Source: Rhodosorus marinus CCMP1338 (taxonomy: Eukaryota; Plantae; Rhodophyta). From it: DNA of 64,000 nt. Below are positions 1 through 11,346 of the stretch, in pieces. How positions within the stretch are numbered: position 1 is the stretch's first letter; each line of letters starts with the position of its first letter. The stretch covers positions 1,426,001 through 1,490,000 of the forward strand of contig JAMWBK010000008.1 of the NCBI GenBank assembly GCA_029953675.1. The letters run 5' to 3'. Position numbers and translations under genes: made by a program. Under the pieces are notes generated by a model, which did not search any database, was not told the DNA's origin, and saw nothing but the letters and a program-made list of their open reading frames with translations.

Positions 1-58
1 GGCCACTGCCGCAGGAGCTCTAACAAGGGAGTTGTTGACTCACGGTTCTTTTGTTCAG

Positions 59-753
59 GTTCTATAGTGAGAGCTCTGTTCCCGCTGTTGATGTGGGACG
101 TGCTATTCTGCAACGTCCCGGATGTCTTTAGAACGCCTTTTCAAGACGCACCGTTGGACCTGGGAACGGAGGACTTTTACCTCTCACGAAGAGAGCTGAT
201 CGATACGAGGCTTGATGTGCTGGTCGGTATGAGCCGTGACAATTTGGAGCAGGAAACCAGAGACGTCTGGGGGAGAGAGCAGGGGGTAAGATGCAGAGGT
301 TTGACATGGAAGGATTCTCAAGTCCATCTTCCTGAGGTAATGAAACAGGCTCTCTACATAGAGACAACCAAAAGGTCTTGACGATCTAAAACGAGCGTTG
401 GTGGCCCTGTTTCTGGTTTTTGTGTGGACCAGATGGCAAGGTGCATAGGGGGTAAAGCTTTGGCTGCTATGTTTCGTCTTCTCTGTGTGGACTACAGCTA
501 CTGGAGTGGAGGAATGCCGGACCTATTCCTTTGGAGGAGTGAGGATTCCGTCGCAAAATTTGTGGAAGTGAAAGGCCCGAGGGATTCGTTAATGGAGCGA
601 CAGCGCGCATGGATACATGAGCTGATGTCTTGCGGGGCGGATGTCGAGGTGTGTAAAGTAGTAGAGCGCGTGACGGAGAGGAACAAGGACGTCATTGTTG
701 GTGACCATGACGCGTATGAGCTGGCAAGATTAGAGGATAAGTCCGTGGTTTGA
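59..753 (+). CDS. FAN1: Fanconi-associated nuclease 1 (VRR-NUC domain), 3' part; gene starts upstream of the window
   Basis: Motifs LMWDVLF..VPDVFRTPFQDAPLDL, CIGG..LA, DYSYWSGGMPDLFLW and the PD-(D/E)xK core KFVEVKGPRDSLMERQRAW. Exons 59-336 and 433-753, with a 96-bp phase-0 GT-AG intron at 337-432. Confidence 0.92.
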
Positions 754-954
754 GGATTGTGCTATATGAAACGCTCAACGCTGTTTGATAAATTGTATTT
801 ATATATGTTTTACCTACTCGAGCTAGAGGGGTCCTGGGTGCGGTTGCACAAGCCGCCAGATTCAGTATGCTTGATACTGATGGTGAAGTTTTGCGCGAAA
901 GCCCTTGCAAGGGGGGTGCTGCGAGAATGGGCAGCTGTTAGATTGCTACGGGTT

Positions 955-1443
955 TTATCTGTCTCCCCTTCGCCAGGCCATTAGTTTTGACTGGTGCTTC
1001 TTCTCTTGCATGCGTTTGGCCTTGAACTGGTTCTTCGTCTTACTGTCTTTGTTCCATACCTTCGGCTCGATCATGGCTTTCCTTATATAGTCAGAGGCAA
1101 GCCTGGCGGCAATATCAAAGTTCTGTTTCTGTGAGCGAGTCTCGCTGCTCTTGAACATCATTTCACCGTTCGCGGACATACGATTTCGGCACAATTCTCT
1201 TAGTCTGCTCACAGCGTCCTTGGATATCTCAATATCTTCTGGCCTAATCCTCAACTCCACCTGCGTCTCCACCTTGTTCACGTTCTGTCCACCGGGACCC
1301 GAAGATCTCGAATAGGAAACTTTCATCTTCCGAGAATCGTAGTGCGGAATCCCTGCGCTCGAGTGACTGGTATAAGTTATCTTCTGTATCCATCGCCATC
1401 GATTATGGTGTAGCAGTGCTCCCATCGACCCTCTAAAAGCCAT
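955..1443 (-). CDS. ICT1: ICT1/ArfB-type peptidyl-tRNA hydrolase (organellar ribosome rescue factor)
   Basis: SYSRSSGPGGQNVNKV contains the GGQ motif. Also SETRSQKQN and a basic C-terminal tail (KRMQEKKHQSKLMAWRR). Single exon, 162 aa. Confidence 0.9.
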   Translation of the reverse strand: MAFRGSMGALLHHNRWRWIQKITYTSHSSAGIPHYDSRKMKVSYSRSSGPGGQNVNKVETQVELRIRPEDIEISKDAVSRLRELCRNRMSANGEMMFKSSETRSQKQNFDIAARLASDYIRKAMIEPKVWNKDSKTKNQFKAKRMQEKKHQSKLMAWRRGDR

Positions 1444-2850
1444 TGTGAAAGTGATCTATTTCCCCGCAACCCACGGAACTCTTGCAAGCAACGCCCTGCG
1501 TGTTATCAACGTTGATACACTCCCGTCTCCGGGTCCTTAGCCATCGAATGGAGGTCACGAATTGTACTCCAACGATACTTGTGGTGCTTGAGAAGAAAAT
1601 CTCCAGGTCGGATACACAGCACTTCACTACGCACTCAGACCGCAGCCGAGAAGAACGAAAAGAGTGCCCACGAGCTACAAGAAGCATCAACCGATACAGA
1701 TAATGATTGACTCTCAATCTTCTTGTTAGTGACATTGACTCAACGACTTTCGGGGTTCGCCAAATTTCCCTCGTTCTCAATCCCCTTGAGCATTGCGAAA
1801 AACCCGATAAGATTGTGTTTGACAGTCTGTCGAACTCAAAAGTAGTCTGTTAGAGGTTCTCAAATAGTCCTAATTCAATATACGATAGCGCAACTTGTCT
1901 TCATTAAAATAATCATTATTCAATATTTTTGGATGGGAGATGATTGATTACTGGATTGAATACCGGATCAGGCGCAATCGCGAGTTCGTTTTTGTTTTGA
2001 GGAAATTTTCAATTGGGCAGTAGAACGACCTGGTAAATATATGAATTTATTTTATATTCTTAATCGTGAAAATCTCTTTAAGCGGGCCCGTTTATTAGGA
2101 TGCCTGGTCACGTCCTACCCAGACGGGCTCCGATTCAAGTACAAAACACCAAAAAGCAAAAAAAAACGCACGGCTTTTGCGACCCACGCATCAGTTAAGC
2201 AACCCTCAACGACACTGGATCCTAAATAATTCCGATACATCTAATTCTAGAGTATCTCAATCAATTCTCTTGAGACCTAAAATTGGGGTACCACAGCAAC
2301 CAAAAAAAAGGGTTTACCTATATTTAGATCTTTGTTCTCTAGAAAATACTCACAAAGGAATTATGCAGAAGAATTCAAGGAATACGGAACTGGTTATGCA
2401 GATTATTGGGGAAAATAATTCTTAATTATGAGTAAAAATGCGTTGTTTTGGTGTTGATTGGACTAGAGTACTCGTGTTGGACAGGCGATAACGTCGCGAG
2501 AGAATGTGCGCAGAGCAATCGAGTGGGTCTTTGGAAGTGCCTTGGAAGGAGCTGTTGGGAAGGTTTTCAGGGGCAGGCGAAGAGCGGGCATGAAAACAAG
2601 TCATTTGCGATATTCGTTAAGATCGACTGAATATTGATGATTGACAGTATGTCGATACTCATTATGAACGTGGGTGGACGTGTTTTATTTGTGGTCTGAG
2701 GAGTTTTCGGGGGCCCAGGGGGAGGGGGTTGCGGGGGGATTGTTGGTTTGGTCTGTGACCGAGTGGTTGAGGCGGGTTGGCAAGGGAGACGTCAAGGGAG
2801 ACTGGGGTAAAAGAGCGCGGTTCGGTTGTGGGTTGGATCTGTGAGGAAGC

Positions 2851-3435
2851 ATGATGGACCATTTGACACCGTTTGAGCGTCACGATCTCTTCAATATATT
2901 TGGGCTGTTTCCTTTTTCGGCGATGAATTTCTTCGCGTTTGGGAATAGGAATCTTCAGAAGCCAACCTTGATGGCGTTCGGGGCCTATACGGTGGCAGAT
3001 ATAATGTGGGTTCTCACAATTCCGAAGAGTGTGAAGGACCCTAAGGGGATTATTATGCATCACATGTTGTCGCTTGGGCTGTTAACGGTCCCGACTCTGC
3101 TTCCAGAGTATAGACACTATGCGGTGCTGACGCTGACCGCGGAATTCAATACGTGGTTACTTGTCACGAAGAGGCATGTGACTTGGAAGCCTCTCCGACT
3201 CGCACTCGAAGGCCTATTCTACACCAGCTGGGTTGGTATTCGACTCGTGCTCTACCCCTGGCTCTGGAGCAGGTATTTCACTGTCACGCTGCGCAACATA
3301 AGGAACGGACTATGGATACACCCGACCATCATATCTCCGATAGTCATGGGGTCACTCTGCCTCATGCAATTCAAGTGGAGCTGGGACCTTATACAGAAAT
3401 ATGTCTTGAGGAGAAAGAAGAAGGGCAGCGACTAA
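2851..3435 (+). CDS. TLC (TRAM/LAG1/CLN8)-domain membrane protein, paralog 1
   Basis: Intronless 194-aa ORF with several hydrophobic segments and TLC-type motifs IIMHH, AEFNTWLL and FYTSWVGIRLVLYP. Confidence 0.8.
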   Translation: MMDHLTPFERHDLFNIFGLFPFSAMNFFAFGNRNLQKPTLMAFGAYTVADIMWVLTIPKSVKDPKGIIMHHMLSLGLLTVPTLLPEYRHYAVLTLTAEFNTWLLVTKRHVTWKPLRLALEGLFYTSWVGIRLVLYPWLWSRYFTVTLRNIRNGLWIHPTIISPIVMGSLCLMQFKWSWDLIQKYVLRRKKKGSD

Positions 3436-6400
3436 TCGAACCGTTGAAAGGTTCTATTTAGCAGCTACCTACCTACCGCACCGCGACACCATTTTTGCCG
3501 AAATCTCTACCAAGAAGGGCACAAGGAAGTGTGAGACCCTGAATGGTATCCGGAGGAAACCCCGCGCCGGGGTTGAAAATTACTTATTGAAAAAGAATGC
3601 CTCCGCCCACCTCACTATTGCCTGTTCTGTGGCGTCAACGAGGAGGGCACCCTTAGGTAGCCTCTGAGCATTTGGAGATGACCCCGCTGCATTATGGGAA
3701 GGAAAAGAAAACTCCAATGATCAAATAAAGAATTCGCGAGGAGCACTTGTACCAGAACAGATTGGGAACGTGTCGCGGGGTCAAGACGAACGAGCTGGAT
3801 CTGTCTTGCACCCCGGAGAAGTCTGTTTCATCCCGCTTCCAACACGCAGCATGTAAGCTTGTCGAGCACTAGGTTCAGCCATTGTTACCGGATTCTTTCG
3901 CAGTCTTGTGCCATAGTAAACGAGCACTGTAGCAAAAAAAGCGATTCTTCGGTGCAATTAGCCGGCCGAGCTTGGTATCAAAACTTCAACCGCGTCATCA
4001 ACATCCGAGTTTTCTATCTAAGCGACTTATGCGCCTGATTTGTTCGTGACCGATTGCTGCTCAAAGGCGTGGGGTCGACAGGATGAAGCAAACGCGGAAG
4101 GCCGAAAATGAGAGGATTCAGAACTGCCACAATGACGAAGTCGGACGTTCTCATACAAAATCCTTCAATTCATCAATTCAACAGCGACACATTCAGTTGC
4201 GCAGACCGACCATTCCGTTGTCCAAAAAAATCGTCGAAATCATGGGCTCCAGGTGGTTCTCCGACTACAAGCACTAGCACGAGGGCAAATAACCTTAGCC
4301 ATTGGGGAGATTGACACGAGCTCTACCGCAGGTCAAGCAGATCAAGCTAGTCACTCGCACCGCCTGCATTGGGCTTACCCGCTGGAAGTCAAGTTCCGGC
4401 CCCCCAAAAAGACATGACCGCTCTGAGCAAACCTTCATCGCGACGAGGAGAATAACTCATGATTGTCCTCCGGCCAGCAAGGCCAGACTCCAAGAGAGCA
4501 TAGAGAGTTCATTTGCTTACATGTCATGCTCCTATCTTCTTACCACTCAACAGCCGCTTTGATGTGAATGTGTACAAGAAGAAGCCCCAAAAGCGCAACT
4601 TGATAAAACCAAAGTTTTCATTAAAATCTGTTGACGCCATCCAAGTTCAATCTATTTAAAGCTGTTATGATGGAGAAGAATTTTGAGGATTTTCAACCGG
4701 TCTATTTTCAACGAAAATTCTGTTTTCGTATCGTCAAGATACTCATACTATCGGATATGCGTATCAGATATTGTATAAAACTTTCTGGGCGGGAAAAGAA
4801 GGAATTTGGCGTCCTCGGGTAAGCATGAAATTTTGTTGAAAATACTCGCTCCATAGTCTTGAAGTTGGTGTACTGATCTTGTAGGTCTTGTTGAAGAATT
4901 GGTTTTGGTTTCTTCTTACCGCGGTGGACGCCGGCTGGAGAGTAGGGCCTCATTCTCAGTTATGGACCTGGAAAGCAGCAGTTTCAATGAACCCGCTGCA
5001 AACAACTAAGCACGGAAAGGAATGGGAACATATCTGCCTTTCTGGGACAATCCGGATGTGCTCGTACTTTTTTGAACATGCCTGGAAGCAGGCTTTCGGA
5101 TGAGGGAAGGGCAAAACGCCAAGACTAGGAGAAAAATTCCTTTTGGCAATACTAACAATGCAGAGCAGACGTTCGCAAATCCGTTCCCTTAACACTTCCA
5201 ACGAGCTGGGCCACTCTAGTCCATCGTCAACCCCTCCCTCGACGCTTCTGGCGAAGTTCCAATAAGACGTAGACATCCATCAAACACGTCCACCCCCCCC
5301 CCAAAAAAAAAAATTTACGAGGGACCCAAAGAAATCCGCTCAATTTTCTCCTACTTCCTCCTTCCCAGCGTTGTTTCAATTTCCCGTGTCGCCCACCCCG
5401 ACGGATTTCCCTTACACCTAGTATCAGCTACCCCACCACGAAATTCCAAAAACAAAAAAACTTTTCTTCTCCAAGGGGTGTCATTAAATTCTCTCCTCCA
5501 GTATCAATCTAAAGAAATAAAATTGACTAATCAAATATCAAAAACAACCTCGAGAAGAAATATCAATCAACATACCAGACTGAAAACAATCATTTATATA
5601 GGATACTGGTGCTTTTTTTCAATCCCCCAAAAAGGGGGGGGGGGAGTTTTGAGAGGCGCTTAAACGAGCGTCCGACGAAAAAGAACAAAAAAAGAAGAAT
5701 GACTTTACCTGTCAGGTAATGGGCGACGTTTGCCGCGTTTTGAACGGGTTCTTTAAAAACCGACAAAATTTAAGATGAATTAATATTTATATTACAATTG
5801 TTTAAATCTTTTTTACGCAATGGTTGATTTATGGTTTTTTAGTTATTGTTGAGTCAATTAGAATTCATTGAAAACAATTTAAAAAAAGAAGATACGGTGG
5901 TTGTTGGAATTAAATCAACGGAAGACCGAGAAGGGGGGGGGGAACGGAGATTACTACGCCGTTTAGTCTCTTGCTCATATTGTTGTTGTTTTTCCGATGG
6001 ATGGAAGTTTCTTGGAGATAAAAAAGCAGAGAGAGAAAGATAGTGAGGGGGTGGGGAAGGAAGGAGAAAATATAAAGGAGTGGATACGAACGATTTTTGA
6101 TATTTTATCTCAAAAACCATTTGAAAAGGGGATCCAAAAAGATGTATTTTAGAGCCTGTCATCCGTCAATAGACATTGACATGAAACGTCAGAGATTTGT
6201 ATTGAAAGAGGGGGACACGAAGAAGGGTAGGAAACAAATTTCCCATTTGTCAGCGTAACAATGTTTTTAGGTAATAAAAGTTCGGTTCATGTCGGGTTTT
6301 GGGTTTTGTGGGGGGGGGGGAAGGGCAACGGTTTTTGTTGGAGAGAGCGGGAGAAGAAGAGTTTTTAAGGAATGAAGGTGAGGAATGACAAGGGTTTATC

Positions 6401-6572
6401 GATGAGGAGGGGGAGGAGAAGTGGTTGGGGATGTTTAGGTGGTTTGAGAGGATGGGATGGATGGATAGGGAGGAGAAGGATGTTAGTGTTTGTGTGGTCA
6501 GGTTGGAGGGTAGTTGGATTAGATAAGGAAGACTGAGGCCTTGGGGTGATCCCTTTTTTTTGGGGGGGGGGG

Positions 6573-7241
6573 ATGGGAAGGATGATGATGAGTAAGGTAG
6601 TTGAGATGTGGGAGTATATGACTCCGTTTGAGAGGCATGATTATTTTAATATTTTGACTTTGACACCGGTGTCTGTGATGTGTGTGCTGGCTATTGAGCG
6701 GGCGGAATTGCGGCGCTTGTTGTTTTATTGTTTCGCGGTGTATACTTTGGCCGACTGTGGTTGGATTTTGGCAGCGCCGAAGAGCGTGAAGGACACCTCG
6801 GGAATTCTGCTGCACCATGCTCTTGCGCTTTTGTTGCTTGTCGTCCCGATTTTGTACCCCGAGTACAGTTTTTATGGGACGATTACACTGTCAGTAGAGC
6901 TGAATACGTGGTTGCTAATAACCAAGAGGCACGTATTCTGGAGACCTCTCAGGCTCGTTCTCGACGCTCTTTTCTACGTCAGCTGGGTGGTCATTCGCCT
7001 TATCTTCTACCCCTATTTATTGAGCAGATTCGTGCTGCGCGCCATGGAGAAGCTGGAGCAGCAGATATATACTCATCCTGTTCTACTGGTACCTGTCTAC
7101 ATGTTCATTCTGTGCTTCATGCAATATAAATGGACCTGGGAGATTGTGAAGAAGAATATAATCGGAAGGCCGCAATCTACTCAGCGCAAGGCCAGCTTAG
7201 CGAAAAGCGGAGCTGAGCAATATAACTTGCGTCCAAGATGA
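6573..7241 (+). CDS. TLC-domain membrane protein, paralog 2
   Basis: Collinear with paralog 1: TPFERHD.FNI, PKSVKD..GI..HH, E.NTWLL.TKRHV.W.PLRL, FY.SWV.IRL..YP. First ATG is at 6573; the true start may be a downstream ATG. Confidence 0.8.
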   Translation: MGRMMMSKVVEMWEYMTPFERHDYFNILTLTPVSVMCVLAIERAELRRLLFYCFAVYTLADCGWILAAPKSVKDTSGILLHHALALLLLVVPILYPEYSFYGTITLSVELNTWLLITKRHVFWRPLRLVLDALFYVSWVVIRLIFYPYLLSRFVLRAMEKLEQQIYTHPVLLVPVYMFILCFMQYKWTWEIVKKNIIGRPQSTQRKASLAKSGAEQYNLRPR

Positions 7242-7655
7242 GGGCCTCGCTTCTTGAAGGCCGTGTACGAAGCTGGAACGCGTACCAAGTGAAGTGGTTT
7301 CGTTGCCTTTTTTTCGGCTTGCAACGTGCCAATCTAGCTGCATTGTGCTAGTGTAAAGAGTAAAACTCGAAAATTCGAAAATTCGTTCTTATGCAACGCG
7401 AATCAACGCTGCCCGCTACTTGGCGGCCTCCTCCGCCCCGGCCAGAGATACACAGCTACACCTCCTGACGGACGTATGTCGAGCAGGTCTCCGAGAATGT
7501 GTCGGAGAGCTTCATGACCACCCACAGAACAGAATCTGCCCCGAGAAAAACGGAACGGACAAACGCCGATAGCGTGAAAAATATGAAGTTTCCCTTCACA
7601 CAGAGGCTTTGAGTAAAGCCTTCCTGAACGCTTTACTAACAGACTCCCCAGCAAA

Positions 7656-7695
7656 GGCCATCAAGAGTGCCTTTGGGCCATCAAGAGTGCCTTTG
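7656..7695. repeat. Exact 20-bp tandem duplication
   Basis: ggccatcaagagtgcctttg occurs at 7656-7675 and 7676-7695. Confidence 0.95.
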
Positions 7696-7736
7696 TGCTA
7701 AGGAATCTATCGATGTGTTGCGGAATCCCCAAAGGG

Positions 7737-8066
7737 TTACTTGGCTACGTCCCACAGTACTATTGTACAGTTCTGTTCGTCTGCTAGGTGAGCCTCCATG
7801 GCCAGGAGAGCATTCCCCTCCCACAGTCTTCGATTCAGCGTCGCTCGCGCTTCGCTTAGTTGCGTTGCTGGGTTCGGTAGGTGTAAAAGTGACTTCTCGC
7901 AGGAACCATTTGCGCGTTTGCCTAATCGACAGGTCTCCACGAAGACGTTACCGGTGTGGTCGCAGATCGCGTGGCGATATTTCAACCGCTTGAATTTTCC
8001 ATCCTTGTGCGCCGCGTATGCGGTCTCCCAGGAAGCCTTGGGAGGTACGTCTTCCGCAACGACGAG
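7737..8066 (-). CDS. Possible internal exon of an uncharacterised spliced gene
   Basis: An AG acceptor at 8068-8067 is followed by about 110 open codons (LVVAEDVPPKASWETAYAAHKDGKFKRLKYRHAICDH...). No family recognised and the frame is ambiguous. Confidence 0.3.
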   Translation of the reverse strand, partial: LVVAEDVPPKASWETAYAAHKDGKFKRLKYRHAICDHTGNVFVETCRLGKRANGSCEKSLLHLPNPATQLSEARATLNRRLWEGNALLAMEAHLADEQNCTIVLWDVAK

Positions 8067-8934
8067 CTAACCTTCACGTCAAGCACTTACGCAGTTTCGG
8101 GGGTGTCGAGCTAGGATGTCAGGTCGGACATGGCTGCCCCGGGAAGTGGTCGGTGGGTTCGACGATCACTTCGAGTCGCCATCGTCTGAGCTGCGGGGTC
8201 ACAGCATCTCGGAGCAGAGAATGTTTCAGAGTCCAGCTCCCTGTAAAGCTCGTGCAGTGGTGGTGGCGTGGATGCCCTGAGTTGCGGATTGGATTGTGCT
8301 GAGATAGTACACGTACGAAACATCGTTCGTACACCCCGCAGCGCAATGCCAGCAGCAAGCAAACTCAATTAGGCTGGCTTTTCGAATACAATATGGCATA
8401 TCCCCCAAGATGTCCTATACGAATGAAAGAGCGTTTCACGCAAACCAAACTCCCTCTGGCCAGTCTGGGGTTACGTTAGTCTGGGGTTCCCAATGTGACC
8501 GGAATCAATCTGTTCTCGCTAGTCCCCCTCAGTCTAAATCCCCAAAACGATTGAAACGCCATTTTTCGTTGTCCGCCGTGAAATCGGGGGGCCAACCCGT
8601 TCCGGTCTGGAGACTGCTCACGGTCGGGCGGTGGCTTCTAGTTCGGGAGGCGCTCTCCACACCGCCCTCGACCGCAAGTCGAACAGCAGCGTCTAAAACT
8701 GGAAACCGTGATTTGGAGCTTGAGATTCCTCACTTTCGCACAAGCCAGCTCTGAGAAGCAAAGTTTCTCTTTAATTTAAATCCTAAGAAACAAACAACAG
8801 GAATGATAGTACAGGAAACAAAACACACCCTTCATCACAACAAAGCAATGACAACTCGATAGAAGATCACAAACGCGTTGCGAAAGATCCCACTATTTAG
8901 CCACGAAAAACTGATCAAGAGGAATTTTCTGTGT

Positions 8935-9015
8935 GCGCTGATGGTACAACCAGACAGGCGCTGATGGTACAACCAGACAGGCGCTGATGGTACAACCAGA
9001 CAGGCACTGCTGGTA
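8935..9015. repeat. 23-bp minisatellite, 3 exact copies plus a degenerate fourth
   Basis: gcgctgatggtacaaccagacag at 8935, 8958 and 8981, then gcactgctggta. It lies just 3' of the bHLH stop codon. Confidence 0.95.
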
Positions 9016-9065
9016 GAATGAGGTCCACGTGCTGCGTTCCCACTGAGCCTGGACGAGAAGAGCGT

Positions 9066-10304
9066 TCAAGCTCGCTTCGAGGAATGACGCAACATCTGCT
9101 GACTTGAAGCAACACGCCCGCTGCAGTTCTTCGAAGAATACGCATTTCCTAGACAAGTGGACACAACTTCACCAGTCTCCACGAAACTCTTATCAAACGC
9201 TTTGTAGAGATTGTGGAACACTGCCACAAGCATGACCCGTCCAGAATAAATTATAGGAATCCCCAACGAGCTCCAAACTTTGCAGCCCCATCGCCCTTCG
9301 CCGGAATTGACGTCTTTCTGATCTCCTAGGCACGTTCTCATTGACGAGAAGCACTTGAACGCGAGCTGTGCATCATCTGAAGCCGTCGTGGTCTTCGAAC
9401 AATCCAATTTATTCTCCCAGTCACCAAATCTCTCCTTCAGGGTCGCTGACGCAGTGCACTTCAGCACTCCGTAGTGTCCACTGGTGTTCACCTTCCACAG
9501 CTCTGCAATAATCCCCTGTTCCTTCAGGCACAGAAGCTCCGCGAAAGGATGAAACGTGTCAAGCACGTTATCAGCCGTCGCCACAATATTCTCAACCCAC
9601 TGCACGCTGTTCTCCCTCGAAATCAGGGCAAGCTCCATCTCGAGAACTTTGTTTTCCTGCATGAGCTTGTCCAGAACAAGTAACGTATGCTCCAGTATTT
9701 GAGCCTTGTGCTTCAGGGCATTATCGTCCTCTGCAATCCGCAATATGGAAACCAACCGCTCAAACTTGTCGTTCAACTTCTCCCGGGATTTGCGAGTATG
9801 AGAATTGTGATCCTGTTTTCGCTTGGCAATAACGGACGAGGCGAAATCGCCGTCGGTGTCGTCTACGCTATCGGCTTCTCTTCGCAATTTCGGTGTTATC
9901 GGTGAGGACGCGGAGTCCGGTTCTACATCAACCAGGCGATGTTGACCAACGTTGACGAAAGGAAAATCGCTCACCTCCTTGGCCAGGTTAGGCGTGGGAG
10001 GAAGCAGGCTCTCAATTCGTCGCTTGCATCCACTCATAGTTTCCAGTGTATCGTTCTCGTACCCGTCTGCCCACCTCCCGGAATCTGGAACACTACGACC
10101 AGCGTTGAGCCTGAAAAGCTTTTCGTTCTCGAAAGAGCTGGCGCAAGACATAATCGGGGAAGATAGCTGAAACCCATCCAAATCGTAGTTTGCGGACTGC
10201 AACAGATCAATGGAGGTCTCGTCAATACTCGATCCTGGATACTCACCAGCCACAATCGGTTCGGGAAGGGACTGCCCCTGTATCCAGAACTCTTGCTTTA
10301 CCAT
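9066..10304 (-). CDS. bHLH(-zipper) transcription factor with a possible GAF-like C-terminal domain
   Basis: 412-aa single-exon ORF. Basic region and helix 1 KRKQDHNSHTRKSREKLNDKFERLVSIL, helix 2 KHKAQILEHTLLVLDKL, then a heptad extension LMQENKVLEMELAL. Confidence 0.8.
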   Translation of the reverse strand: MVKQEFWIQGQSLPEPIVAGEYPGSSIDETSIDLLQSANYDLDGFQLSSPIMSCASSFENEKLFRLNAGRSVPDSGRWADGYENDTLETMSGCKRRIESLLPPTPNLAKEVSDFPFVNVGQHRLVDVEPDSASSPITPKLRREADSVDDTDGDFASSVIAKRKQDHNSHTRKSREKLNDKFERLVSILRIAEDDNALKHKAQILEHTLLVLDKLMQENKVLEMELALISRENSVQWVENIVATADNVLDTFHPFAELLCLKEQGIIAELWKVNTSGHYGVLKCTASATLKERFGDWENKLDCSKTTTASDDAQLAFKCFSSMRTCLGDQKDVNSGEGRWGCKVWSSLGIPIIYSGRVMLVAVFHNLYKAFDKSFVETGEVVSTCLGNAYSSKNCSGRVASSQQMLRHSSKRA

Positions 10305-10710
10305 TTCTTTTCCTTACCACAAGCACCCAATCACCCTCTCAATGTCTAAGAGAACAACACCTATGCTTGGAAATCGAAAATTTCACACCCCAATTCTGCC
10401 CGATTTGAGATCCCCGCGAATCTTCAAACTCAAATCCAGACCAGCGTCCCTCCCGAATCCTATGCGGGAGACTTCAAAATTGACCAGAACAAGATCATCA
10501 CACGAACCCAATTCCCCTTCAAGCCTTTCCACCAAACCAGCTCAGCGAGCTTCACCTTCACCCATTCTAAAACTTTCGGCACAACGAGCGAGCTCAGCGC
10601 TGAAATGGAAACTCGCACTGAGAACGTTTAGTGAGCGCGAAGGAAAAACCAAAAACAAAACATTTACAAAGTTCTCACAAACGTACAACATATTAGCAAA
10701 ATACAACTAA

Positions 10711-11346
10711 TGAGTTACAACCAAACGAACTATATACCCCCTAGGGATATTCTTATATATGCGATTCCTTTTCCTTACCCAACCCCCCCCCCAAAACGAA
10801 TTTATCGTATTCTAAGCTCCCGTATAATATTCGAAAAGGCCTACTAAATTTGAGTTAAACATTATAATGGACATTATCCTACGTTGAGGGGACCCCTCAA
10901 CACATAAAAAACGTGATTTTTGAGCTTTTGCACCGCAGAGGGGCGCGAAACAGAAACATGGAAGAAAAAAGAGCCATTCGCGGAGTATGAGAGCTCCTCA
11001 ACGAAACTTCGTTTTAGACCCCAATACCCCCCTAACCCCCCCCCAAGAAAAAGAACGAACTACGGGGTAAATTTAATGCGCTGGGGGTGGATGGAACATG
11101 TACATTCCACGAACCCCTAAAATAAAATGGTCAATAGCTTGATTACTCGATGATAAGGTAGGGGCTAACTCGAAACAATCAGATTCTTCCGCATTAATAT
11201 TGGCTTCAAATGAAATATAGATTTTCTTAGAACGATGGTTGAGGGTCTGGCAAAATGACTCGGATATAAGCTTTAACAGTTTTATCCTGCCTGCGGTAGT
11301 GAGTTACAACCAAACGAACTATATACTATATACCCCCTAAAGATAT
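10711..11346. repeat. Pair of about 40-bp direct repeats, 589 bp apart
   Basis: tgagttacaaccaaacgaactatatac (27 bp identical) at 10711 and 11300, each followed by ccccta..gatat. The second copy carries an extra tatatac. Confidence 0.9.

Noticed and set aside
4083-5276. Short ORFs between the TLC paralogs (for example 4956-5276 and 4708-4953)
   Set aside because: No consistent exon chain or homology could be established by eye.
8935-9015. CRISPR-like array
   Set aside because: The repeats are head-to-tail with no unique spacers, there are no cas genes, and the context is eukaryotic.
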